In this document: one piece after another, positions 10,067 to 18,066 of the stretch
How the letters are laid out: every line of letters begins with the position of its first letter
How positions within the stretch are numbered: the first letter of the stretch is position 1
NCBI GenBank assembly: GCA_963678065.2
Contig: CAXXVZ010000005.1
Location: 448,001 to 512,000 of the forward strand
Length of the DNA: 64,000 nucleotides
Direction of reading: 5' to 3'
Source of the DNA: Treponemataceae bacterium
Lineage (GTDB): Bacteria > Spirochaetota > Spirochaetia > Treponematales > Rectinemataceae
The notes under the pieces: generated by a model
What the model was told of the DNA's origin: nothing
The model's database searches: none
Seen by the model: the letters and a program-made list of their open reading frames with translations, nothing else
Position numbers and translations under genes: made by a program

Positions 10067-10079
10067 TTGGTAGTACCAA
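10067..10079. promoter_or_regulatory. FadR-subfamily operator
   Basis: TTGGTAGTACCAA fits the TGGT-N3-ACCA consensus of PdhR/LldR-type regulators. A weaker site, GTGGTACTGCC, lies just upstream. Confidence 0.75.
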
Positions 10080-10162
10080 CAATATGACAAGGTGTGGATG
10101 AACAGGCAGCGGTTCCCGGCATGAGACCCGCCTGCGAATGAACCACACAATGGAAGGCAAAC

Positions 10163-11824
10163 ATGAGAAGCGACAGAGCGAAAAAAGGCATCGACAGGGC
10201 GCCGCACCGCTCCCTGATGAAGGCATCCGGCTACACGGACTGGGAGATCGAGCGCCCCTGGATCGGCGTCGTGAATGCTTACAACGCGATAATCCCCGGC
10301 CATGTCCACCTGAAACGCCTCGCCGAGGCCGTAAAGGCGGGTGTCTACGCGGCGGGAGGGCTCCCGATCGAGTTCCCCGTCATCGGCGTCTGCGACGGCA
10401 TCGCGATGAACCACGCGGGCATGAAGTATTCTCTGCCCAGCCGCGAGATCATCATGGACTCCATCGAGATCATGGCACAGGGCCACGCGATGGACGGTCT
10501 CGTCATGGTGACGAACTGCGACAAGATCATCCCCGGCATGGCGATGGCTGCGGCGAGGCTGAACATCCCGAGCATCGTGGTCTCGGGCGGCCCCATGCTC
10601 GCCGGTATCCACGAGGGAAAGGAGATCGATCTCTCCAGCGTCTTCGAGATGGTCGGCAAGTGCATGGCCGGAAAAGCGACGGAGGAGGAGCTTCACGCGG
10701 TGGAGAACGCCGCCTGCCCCGGCTGCGGCTCCTGTGCCGGCATGTTCACCGCGAACACGATGAACTGCATGATGGAGGTTCTCGGCCTCGCCCTGCCGGG
10801 CAACGGCACGATTCCGGCTGTCTACGCTGAGCGCGACAGGCTCGCGAAGGATGCGGGGCGCACGATAATGAGCCTCGTCGAAAAAGACATAAAGCCGCGC
10901 GACATCCTGACCATGGAGGCCTTCAAAAACGCGGTGGCAGTCGACCTCGCCCTCGGCGGATCGACGAACACGGCCCTCCATCTGCCCGCGATCGCCCACG
11001 CGGCCGGCCTCGAGCTTCCTCTCGAACTCTTCAACAGCATCGGAACCAAGGTCCCCCACCTCTGCAGCATGAGCCCCGGAGGCTCCCATCACATCCAGGA
11101 CCTCTACCGCGCGGGCGGCGTGCAGGCCGTCATGGCGAGGCTGGCGGCGGGCGGGCTCCTCTACACAGACTGTGTCACGGCGACGACGAAGACCGTGGGC
11201 GAAAACGTCGCAGGCGCGAAGGTGCTCGACGAGAATGTCATCCGTCCCCTCTCGGCGCCCTACCACGCGCAGGGCGGACTCGCCTTCCTGAAAGGGAGCC
11301 TCGCGCCGGAGGGTGGCATCGTGAAACAGTCTGCCGTCGCGCCCGAGATGCTCGTGCACTCGGGTCCCGCGCGCGTCTACAACAGCGAGGAAGAAGCCTA
11401 CGAGGCGATCCGCAGACGCGAGATAAAGGACGGCGATGTCGTCGTAATCCGCTACGAGGGACCGAAAGGCGGCCCCGGCATGCGCGAGATGCTCAGCCCC
11501 ACATCGGCCCTCGCGGGCATGGGCATGGACAAGACCGTCGCCCTCATCACGGACGGCAGGTTCTCGGGCGCGACGCGCGGCTCGGCCATCGGCCACGTCT
11601 CGCCCGAGGCGGCAGCGGGCGGCCCCATCGCCCTCGTCAGGGAAGGCGACATCATCGCCATCGATATCCCGAACAAGACGCTCGATCTTCTCGTCGACGA
11701 GGCCGAGCTGGGCAGGCGGCGCGCAGTCCTCGTTCCCTACGTACAGCCCGTGGACAGTCCCTTCCTGAACCGCTACCGGAAGGTCGTCACCTCGGGCGTG
11801 AACGGCGCCGTTTTGCTCGAATAA
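10163..11824 (+). CDS. ilvD: Dihydroxy-acid dehydratase
   Basis: [48 protein letters not shown] and TDGRFSG motifs. Confidence 0.95.
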   Translation: MRSDRAKKGIDRAPHRSLMKASGYTDWEIERPWIGVVNAYNAIIPGHVHLKRLAEAVKAGVYAAGGLPIEFPVIGVCDGIAMNHAGMKYSLPSREIIMDSIEIMAQGHAMDGLVMVTNCDKIIPGMAMAAARLNIPSIVVSGGPMLAGIHEGKEIDLSSVFEMVGKCMAGKATEEELHAVENAACPGCGSCAGMFTANTMNCMMEVLGLALPGNGTIPAVYAERDRLAKDAGRTIMSLVEKDIKPRDILTMEAFKNAVAVDLALGGSTNTALHLPAIAHAAGLELPLELFNSIGTKVPHLCSMSPGGSHHIQDLYRAGGVQAVMARLAAGGLLYTDCVTATTKTVGENVAGAKVLDENVIRPLSAPYHAQGGLAFLKGSLAPEGGIVKQSAVAPEMLVHSGPARVYNSEEEAYEAIRRREIKDGDVVVIRYEGPKGGPGMREMLSPTSALAGMGMDKTVALITDGRFSGATRGSAIGHVSPEAAAGGPIALVREGDIIAIDIPNKTLDLLVDEAELGRRRAVLVPYVQPVDSPFLNRYRKVVTSGVNGAVLLE

Positions 11825-11877
11825 GACGAGTCCTACTCGATCAAAACGAGTGATCCTGGAATAGACACGGGCAGGAC

Positions 11878-11906
11878 TTGACGCTGGTATTACTATGTAT
11901 TACTTT
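11878..11906 (+). promoter_or_regulatory. Sigma70-like promoter of znuACB containing a GTATTACT direct repeat
   Basis: TTGACG-17bp-TACTTT, with GTATTACT at 11887 and 11897. Confidence 0.55.
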
Positions 11907-11988
11907 ACGGAAGATCGAAACCCCGCAGCGAGCTGTGGGTAAACGATCCACTTCCGAACCAAAGCATACATTCCGGAGGAGCCAGCCC

Positions 11989-12948
11989 ATGAGACCTGCC
12001 CGCATCTTCCTCGGAGCCGCTATCGCGATCGCGGCGATAATGAATGTCCCCGCCTTGGGCGGCGCCCAGGGCGGTGCGAGTCAGTCCGGCACGGCGAAAC
12101 CCTTCGTCGCGGTCAGCATCCTTCCCCTCCAGTATTTCGCGCAAAGGGTGGGCGGAGACCGGATACAGGTCCTCGTGCTCGTCGGCCCGGGACAGAGCCC
12201 CCACTCCTACGAGCCGACGCCCCGGCAGATGGCCTCTTTGGGGCAGGCTGTCGCGTGGTTCACGACCGAGGTCGAGTTCGAGAACAGCCTCATCCCCAAA
12301 ATCCGGGGCCTCTATCCCAAGCTGCGGATCGTGGATACCGCGGACGGCGTTCCGACCCGCGCTCTCGAGTCCCACAACGATGGGGAGAGCGGGGATGGTC
12401 ACAAGGATGAGTCCGGACGGGACCCACACATCTGGCTCGGCAAGACGGGGGCACTCCGCCAGGCGGCTGCGATGCGCGATGCTCTTTCGCAGATCGATCC
12501 TCAGGGCGCCACGATCTACCATAAAAACTACGAGGCCTTCGCTCAGGACGTCGAGACTGCTTTCGCCGCTTTGTCAAAGGATTTGGCTCCTCTCAAGGGC
12601 AGACCCGTGTTCGTGTACCACCCCGCATTCGGCTATTTCCTCGACGAGTTCGGAATCAGGCAGGTCGCGGTGGAAACAGGCGGGAAGGAGCCGACGCAGA
12701 AGACCCTGGCCTCTCTCATCGCACAGGCCAGGAAGGAGCGGGCCCGGGTCATCTTCGTGCAGCCGCAATTCTCCAAGACGGCGGCGAAATCCGTCGCGCA
12801 GGCGATCGGCGGCACAGTCGCGGAGTTCGACGACCTCGCGGCCGACTGGCTCGACAATCTGAGGCGCATGGGCGCGGCCCTCGGGGCGGCCGCCGGGCCA
12901 TCTATGCCCGCCGGTCCCACTGGGGCGGCGGGGCCGGCCGCACGGTGA
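11989..12948 (+). CDS. znuA: Zn/Mn ABC transporter substrate-binding protein
   Basis: SPHSYEPTP, a His/acidic loop, DPHIWL and VYHPAFGYF motifs; GGAGG RBS. Confidence 0.88.
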   Translation: MRPARIFLGAAIAIAAIMNVPALGGAQGGASQSGTAKPFVAVSILPLQYFAQRVGGDRIQVLVLVGPGQSPHSYEPTPRQMASLGQAVAWFTTEVEFENSLIPKIRGLYPKLRIVDTADGVPTRALESHNDGESGDGHKDESGRDPHIWLGKTGALRQAAAMRDALSQIDPQGATIYHKNYEAFAQDVETAFAALSKDLAPLKGRPVFVYHPAFGYFLDEFGIRQVAVETGGKEPTQKTLASLIAQARKERARVIFVQPQFSKTAAKSVAQAIGGTVAEFDDLAADWLDNLRRMGAALGAAAGPSMPAGPTGAAGPAAR

Positions 12949-13005
12949 GCGCAGGCTACACGCCGCCTTGCCTTTCGGCGGCCCCGGACGTAGTATAAAA
13001 ATTAC

Positions 13006-13863
13006 ATGGTACCGAACGCAGCACAGAAAAACTCAGGCCCTTTCTCCACTCCCCACGAGACATCGCGGACGGAGACAGTCGCGGTACGATTTGACGGTGT
13101 CGCCTTCTCCTACGGCGACACCCCCGTACTCGAAAACGTTTCTTTCCACATACACACGGGCGAATTCACCGCCCTCGTCGGCCCCAACGGCTCGGGCAAG
13201 ACGACCTTGCTCCGACTCCTCCTCGGTCTCGCGAGGCCTTCGTCCGGGACCATCACGGTCATGGGCCGCTCTCCCGAGGGCGCACGCAATTCCATCGGCT
13301 ACGTTCCCCAGCACGCCTCCTACGATCCGGCCTTTCCTATCTCGGTCTCCGAGGTTGTCCGCATGGGCAGACTCTCCGGCTCGACCAGGCGCTACAAGCC
13401 TGAAGACAAAGCCGCAGTCGAGCGCGCCCTCGTTCTCGCCGATGTCGCCGACCTCGCAGGCAGGCCCTATCCCGCCCTCTCCGGAGGACAGAGGCGCCGC
13501 GTCCTCGTCGCCAGGGCCCTCGCGGGGATGCCGACCCTCCTTGTCCTCGACGAGCCGACGGCGAACATGGACACGGAGAGCGAAGAGAGGCTCTACAAGA
13601 CCCTGGGCGGACTCAAAGGCGGCACCACCATCCTCGTCGTAACCCACGATACGGGCTTCGTCTCGGCGCTCACGGACGCCGTGCTCTGCGTCGGCGACCG
13701 CGGAGAGCGGGGCACGAGAAGCAGGAATGTCGTGCGGCACGCCTCCGTGCCCGCAGAGGGAGGCCTCCTGCCCGGCATCCTCGGCGGCAGTGTCAGGCGG
13801 GTCCTCCACGACACGGAAATCGCTCCCGACGACTGCTGTTGCTGCGGAAGGAAGGACGAATGA
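13006..13863 (+). CDS. znuC: Zn/Mn ABC transporter ATP-binding protein
   Basis: GPNGSGKT, GYVPQ, LSGGQRRR, LDEPT and VTHD motifs; C-terminal DDCCCC. Confidence 0.88.
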   Translation: MVPNAAQKNSGPFSTPHETSRTETVAVRFDGVAFSYGDTPVLENVSFHIHTGEFTALVGPNGSGKTTLLRLLLGLARPSSGTITVMGRSPEGARNSIGYVPQHASYDPAFPISVSEVVRMGRLSGSTRRYKPEDKAAVERALVLADVADLAGRPYPALSGGQRRRVLVARALAGMPTLLVLDEPTANMDTESEERLYKTLGGLKGGTTILVVTHDTGFVSALTDAVLCVGDRGERGTRSRNVVRHASVPAEGGLLPGILGGSVRRVLHDTEIAPDDCCCCGRKDE

Positions 13864-14717
13864 ATTTTTTCAGCGCCCTCGTCGACCCTACCCTTCCCTT
13901 CATCCGAAACGCGCTCCTGGCGGGCCTCCTCTCCTCTGTACTCTTCGGCGTCCTCGGCTCTGTCGTCACCGTCAAGCGCATCGCAGGGCTGGCGGGCGCC
14001 ATCTCCCACGCGGTCCTCGGCGGCATCGGCCTCGCCCTCTTCCTCTCGGTGAAGAAAATCATTCCCGGATTGCCGCCCATAGCCGGGGCCCTCGTCTTCG
14101 CGGTCCTTTCGGCTGTCCTCATCGGCGTCGTTTCGCTCAAGGCCAAACAGCGCGAGGACACCGTCATCAACGCGATCTGGGCCATCGGCATGAGCATCGG
14201 TGTCCTCTTCATCGCCAAGACCCCCGGCTACGCGGACCCGATGAGCTACCTCTTCGGCAACATACTCCTCGTCACGACGACGGACCTCATCCTCCTCGCC
14301 ATCCTCGACATTCTCGTCCTGTTCTGCGCCTGGAAGTTCTATCCTCAGATCGAAGCCTCCGCCTTCGACGAGGAATTCGCCCGCACGCGCGGCGTGAACA
14401 CCGATGTGGCTTTCCTCTCCATCCTCACGGTGGTGGCGCTCGCCGTAGTCCTCCTGCAGACATTCGTCGGCATCGTCATGGTCATCGCCATGCTCACCCT
14501 GCCTGCGGGAACCGCCGGATACCGCTCGCGCAATCTCGGGGGGATGATGATCTCGGCATCGATACTCAGCGCCCTGTTCTGTACGGCAGGACTCGCGCTG
14601 AGCTGGACCCTGGACCTGCCCGCGGGCGCCGTCGTCGTCGTCCTCTCCGGCCTCGCCTTCCTCGCGATGGCAGGTTCGCGGATGATATTCGCCGCCTTCG
14701 GAAGAGGAAGTCGCTGA
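13860..14717 (+). CDS. znuB: Zn/Mn ABC transporter permease
   Basis: AISHAVLGG, SYLFGNIL, FDEEFA and VGIVMVIAML motifs; ATGA overlap with znuC. Confidence 0.9.
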   Translation: MNFFSALVDPTLPFIRNALLAGLLSSVLFGVLGSVVTVKRIAGLAGAISHAVLGGIGLALFLSVKKIIPGLPPIAGALVFAVLSAVLIGVVSLKAKQREDTVINAIWAIGMSIGVLFIAKTPGYADPMSYLFGNILLVTTTDLILLAILDILVLFCAWKFYPQIEASAFDEEFARTRGVNTDVAFLSILTVVALAVVLLQTFVGIVMVIAMLTLPAGTAGYRSRNLGGMMISASILSALFCTAGLALSWTLDLPAGAVVVVLSGLAFLAMAGSRMIFAAFGRGSR

Positions 14718-14961
14718 TGGATGGGGACGGGCAACAGGCTCCGGGAGGATCGATCAAGGTGTGCATGGAAACCTCCGAGAATGAGATTAGGATTTCCACG
14801 GACGATACAGGAATCGGCATCGCTCCCGAGAACCAGAGCCGCATTTTCGACCCCTTCTACCAGGTCCGCGGCGGGCGGATCTGGTCCGAGAGCGAGGCGA
14901 GGGAAAGGGCACCATCTTCCACTTCGCCATTCCGCGGGGAAAAACACCGGCGGCCTGCTAA
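14717..14961 (+). pseudogene. Remnant of a histidine kinase ATPase (HATPase_c) C-terminus
   Basis: Reads GGSIKV..IRISTDDTGIGIAPENQSRIFDPFYQV then jumps to RGGRIWSES, so the G2 box is missing. GEGKGTIFHFAIP continues in a shifted frame to TAA at 14959. No H-box or sensor domain. Confidence 0.8.
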
Positions 14962-14993
14962 TTCGCCGTACTTCGGAACCTTTTGGAGTGACG

Positions 14994-16058
14994 ATGCGCG
15001 ATAAACCGCTCATTCTCGTGGTCGACGACAATGTCCAGAACCTTCAGGCCATGGAAGCCATGCTCGTGACCCAGGGCTACCGTGTGGAGCTCGCGGAAAA
15101 CGGCGTAGTGGCCCTCGATGTGGTCGATTCGAACCCGCCCGACCTCGTCCTCCTCGATGCGATGATGCCAGGCCTGGATGGCTTCGAGGTGACGCGGCGG
15201 ATCAAGTCCCGGCCTGAGGGGGCCCGCATTCCCGTCGTCATGGTGACGGCACTCTCCCAGATGGAAGACCGGGTCCGCGCGCTCGAGGTGGGCGCCGACG
15301 ATTTCATCAACAAGCCCGTGGACAAGACCGAGATACGCGCCCGAGTCAAATCGTTGCTCAAGGTCAAAAGCTATAACGACCACATGGCCAACCACCAGAG
15401 GGAACTCGAGGAGGAAGTCTCGGCGAGGACGAGAGAGCTCGAACAGGCCTTCCGGCGCCTGAAATCGGCCAACAAGGAAACCATCGTGCGCCTGTCGCGC
15501 GCGGCGGAATACAAGGACTCCAACACGGGCTCGCACATCCTCAGGATGAGCAACTACGCCCACATCGTCGCCATCAAGCTGGGCTACGGCGAAAAGGACG
15601 CGGAGGATCTCCTCGTCGCGGCGCCCATGCACGACATCGGCAAGATTGGCATCCCGGACCGGGTCCTTCTGAAGGCGGGTTCCCTCGACGACGACGAGTG
15701 GGCGATCATGAAGCGCCACTGCGAGATCGGCTTCAGCATCCTCTCGGGCTCGGATTCGGATTTCATCAGCCTCGGCGCGACGATAGCCTACACCCACCAC
15801 GAGAAGTGGGACGGAACGGGCTACCCCAACCGCCGGAAGGGCGAGGACATCCCCCTCGCCGGCCGCATCGTCACGATAGCCGATGTCTTCGACGCCCTGA
15901 CTTCGAGGCGGCCCTACAAGGCGCCTTTCTCGCTGGAGACATCCTTCGGCATCATCCGCGAGGGCCGCGGCAAGCATTTCGATCCGAAGGTGGTGGACGC
16001 GTTCTTCAGTGTCCAGGAAAAAATTCTCGCGATCATGGAGCAATTCCAGGATCCCTGA
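14994..16058 (+). CDS. Response regulator with HD-GYP domain (RpfG-like c-di-GMP phosphodiesterase)
   Basis: REC domain ILVVDD...LLDAMMP...KP, then HDIGKIG and HHEKWDGTGYP. Confidence 0.94.
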   Translation: MRDKPLILVVDDNVQNLQAMEAMLVTQGYRVELAENGVVALDVVDSNPPDLVLLDAMMPGLDGFEVTRRIKSRPEGARIPVVMVTALSQMEDRVRALEVGADDFINKPVDKTEIRARVKSLLKVKSYNDHMANHQRELEEEVSARTRELEQAFRRLKSANKETIVRLSRAAEYKDSNTGSHILRMSNYAHIVAIKLGYGEKDAEDLLVAAPMHDIGKIGIPDRVLLKAGSLDDDEWAIMKRHCEIGFSILSGSDSDFISLGATIAYTHHEKWDGTGYPNRRKGEDIPLAGRIVTIADVFDALTSRRPYKAPFSLETSFGIIREGRGKHFDPKVVDAFFSVQEKILAIMEQFQDP

Positions 16059-16125
16059 GGCATCGCCATTCCGGCTCAAGGCGGTCCGGCCGCGGCTGTC
16101 ACGGTCGGACCGGGCCGGCGCGGAC

Positions 16126-16530
16126 TCAGGCCCTCTCGTACTCCTCGACCAACTCGACATTGTCCCCGAGAGTGAGACGCACGGGGCAGGCTTTCCCCGC
16201 GGCGACGAGTTTCCGGAAATCGCTGTCGGAGAACGCACCCCGGAGCGAATAGGTCACGGTGAGCTTTCCGATCCTGCGGGGCGGGCCGGCCATGTCCTTG
16301 GCGATCGAGAACTCGATTCCCTCAAGGGCGATGCCGTGATTCGCCGCGAACATGCCCATGATGGTCGTGGCGCAGGCTCCGAGGGAGACCGCGCAGAGGT
16401 CAGTGGGAGAGAAACTGGAACCATCGCCGCCATTGTCCACGGGGGCCGTAGTCCTGATGACGGCGCCGGAGGGGTGGCTCAGTTCGACTGTCGTCGGGCC
16501 GGTGCTCCGGCCACGCATGGTTACGCTCAT
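16126..16530 (-). CDS. OsmC family protein (YhfA-like)
   Basis: DNGGDGSSFSPTDLCAVSLGAC...ACPV; AAGGAG RBS. Confidence 0.88.
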   Translation of the reverse strand: MSVTMRGRSTGPTTVELSHPSGAVIRTTAPVDNGGDGSSFSPTDLCAVSLGACATTIMGMFAANHGIALEGIEFSIAKDMAGPPRRIGKLTVTYSLRGAFSDSDFRKLVAAGKACPVRLTLGDNVELVEEYERA

Positions 16531-16549
16531 ATGCCGCTCCTTGTCTGGG

Positions 16550-17077
16550 TCAGGCGAGCTCGGACTGACCGGCCGCGAGACTGTCGTGCTCGTCGATATC
16601 GTTCGCGTCCCAGGGGTAGACGATCCAGATGTCGGGGATGTCCCGCCCCGCGATGTAGTGTCTGACTTCCTGCGGAATGACGCCGCGCTTTTCCTTGAGC
16701 TTGTTGTGGAGGACCGCGACGGCAATCCCCGCCGGCTTGTGCCGCATGAGTTCGCGGATGCAGTACTCGAGAGTCGTGCGGGAATCGTCCACTTCGTCGA
16801 CGAGGAGAATGCGGCGGCCAGCCAGCTGGCGCTCCGCTTCTTCTATCCACTGGACCTTGCGCGGCGTGTCGGTGGGCTTGTCGTTGGCGTCGTAGTAGGC
16901 GACACCGACGGCCAGGATGGGCATTCCGAGGTAGGTCCTCATGATGCGGGCCGGTATGAAGCCGCCCGTCCCGATGGCCACGATGACGTCGGGATCGAAG
17001 CCGCTCGCGCGGACTTTCTCGGACATCTCGCGCGCCGTCTTGTGGATTTCCTGATACGTGAAGCGATGCTTTTCCAT
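16550..17077 (-). CDS. Purine (xanthine/hypoxanthine/guanine) phosphoribosyltransferase
   Basis: VAIGTGGFIPAR, PRPP loop ILLVDEVDDSRTT and WIVYPWD motifs. Confidence 0.88.
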   Translation of the reverse strand: MEKHRFTYQEIHKTAREMSEKVRASGFDPDVIVAIGTGGFIPARIMRTYLGMPILAVGVAYYDANDKPTDTPRKVQWIEEAERQLAGRRILLVDEVDDSRTTLEYCIRELMRHKPAGIAVAVLHNKLKEKRGVIPQEVRHYIAGRDIPDIWIVYPWDANDIDEHDSLAAGQSELA

Positions 17078-17137
17078 GTCGGGATTGTAAGAAGGTCGCT
17101 CCCGAAGGGCAAGTGGGGCGGGCTGCGGGGACGGTCC

Positions 17138-17878
17138 TCAGTCGGCCAGCCTTGAGGCGGAGCTTCCGCCCGAGCTGCGGATATCCGTGATGGAAGGCGA
17201 CCCGCGGTATTCGAGGCGCGACGCTCCGGAGAGTCCGCAGGAAAGGCTCGAAATCACGTTTATGACGGCAAAGCTGGCTCCCGAGGCGCCGAGTCGAACA
17301 TCGCGGGCAGAGAAAGATCCGGCGGCCAGGCGGGAAGCGCCGGAGAGATCGGCGCTGAGACTGTCGGCGGCACCCCCCCGCAGGCTGATTCTCGAAGCGC
17401 CGGAAGCGTCGGCATCGACCTTGTCGTATTCGAAGACGCCCGCCACACTGCTCGCGCCGGAAAGACTCAGCTTCAACCCCGATCCGGAGAATGTCTCGAT
17501 TTCAAAGCTTGTCGCCCCCGAGCCCGCTATCCCCGCGAGTTCCGGCATGGAAATTTCGATGAAAAGCTCATTCATGTGATGCACGCTGATGCCCGGCTTC
17601 CAGTGGATATGAAGCGCTCCGGAGCGCACTGTGGTTTCCAGCTCGGGAATGAGATTCGAGTCCGTGCGGATGAGGATACCGGGCGCTCCGCGAGATATGT
17701 GTACGCGCGCGGCCCCCGCGACATCGACGGAGCTGAAGCTTCCGACCGAGCGCGACTCGGTCGCCATGATGCCGTTGCCCTGGATACTGGCGAAGGGGAC
17801 GGCGAGGCCCAACAAACAGGAAGAAAGAAGCGCGACAAGCGCGGCGCCCCCGACGAAATGATGCAGATGATTGCGCAT
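17138..17878 (-). CDS. Head GIN domain (DUF2807-like) putative lipoprotein/adhesin
   Basis: LLSSC lipobox-like signal, IQGNG..TESRSV, repeated SGAS beta-helix units and YRGSP. Confidence 0.85.
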   Translation of the reverse strand: MRNHLHHFVGGAALVALLSSCLLGLAVPFASIQGNGIMATESRSVGSFSSVDVAGAARVHISRGAPGILIRTDSNLIPELETTVRSGALHIHWKPGISVHHMNELFIEISMPELAGIAGSGATSFEIETFSGSGLKLSLSGASSVAGVFEYDKVDADASGASRISLRGGAADSLSADLSGASRLAAGSFSARDVRLGASGASFAVINVISSLSCGLSGASRLEYRGSPSITDIRSSGGSSASRLAD

Positions 17879-18005
17879 GGTTTTATCCTTGCTGACGGAA
17901 TTGGCTTTCAGAGGTAAAACTATCCCGGCGGAAACGGAATCTCAGGGCTGTGGATAAAAAACGCGCATTTGGCTCGCACAGGTTGACGACAGGAATCCTC
18001 GCAAT

Positions 18006-18048
18006 TATGTTATGAACAGCGTTCATAACATATGAACATTGTTCATAT
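18006..18048. promoter_or_regulatory. Two tandem palindromic operators (TATGAAC-N3-GTTCATA) over the MFS promoter
   Basis: TATGTTATGAAC-AGC-GTTCATAACATA and ATATGAAC-ATT-GTTCATAT, 20 bp apart; TTGACG at 17983. Confidence 0.85.
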
Positions 18049-18066
18049 ATCCATTATACCTTCAGG

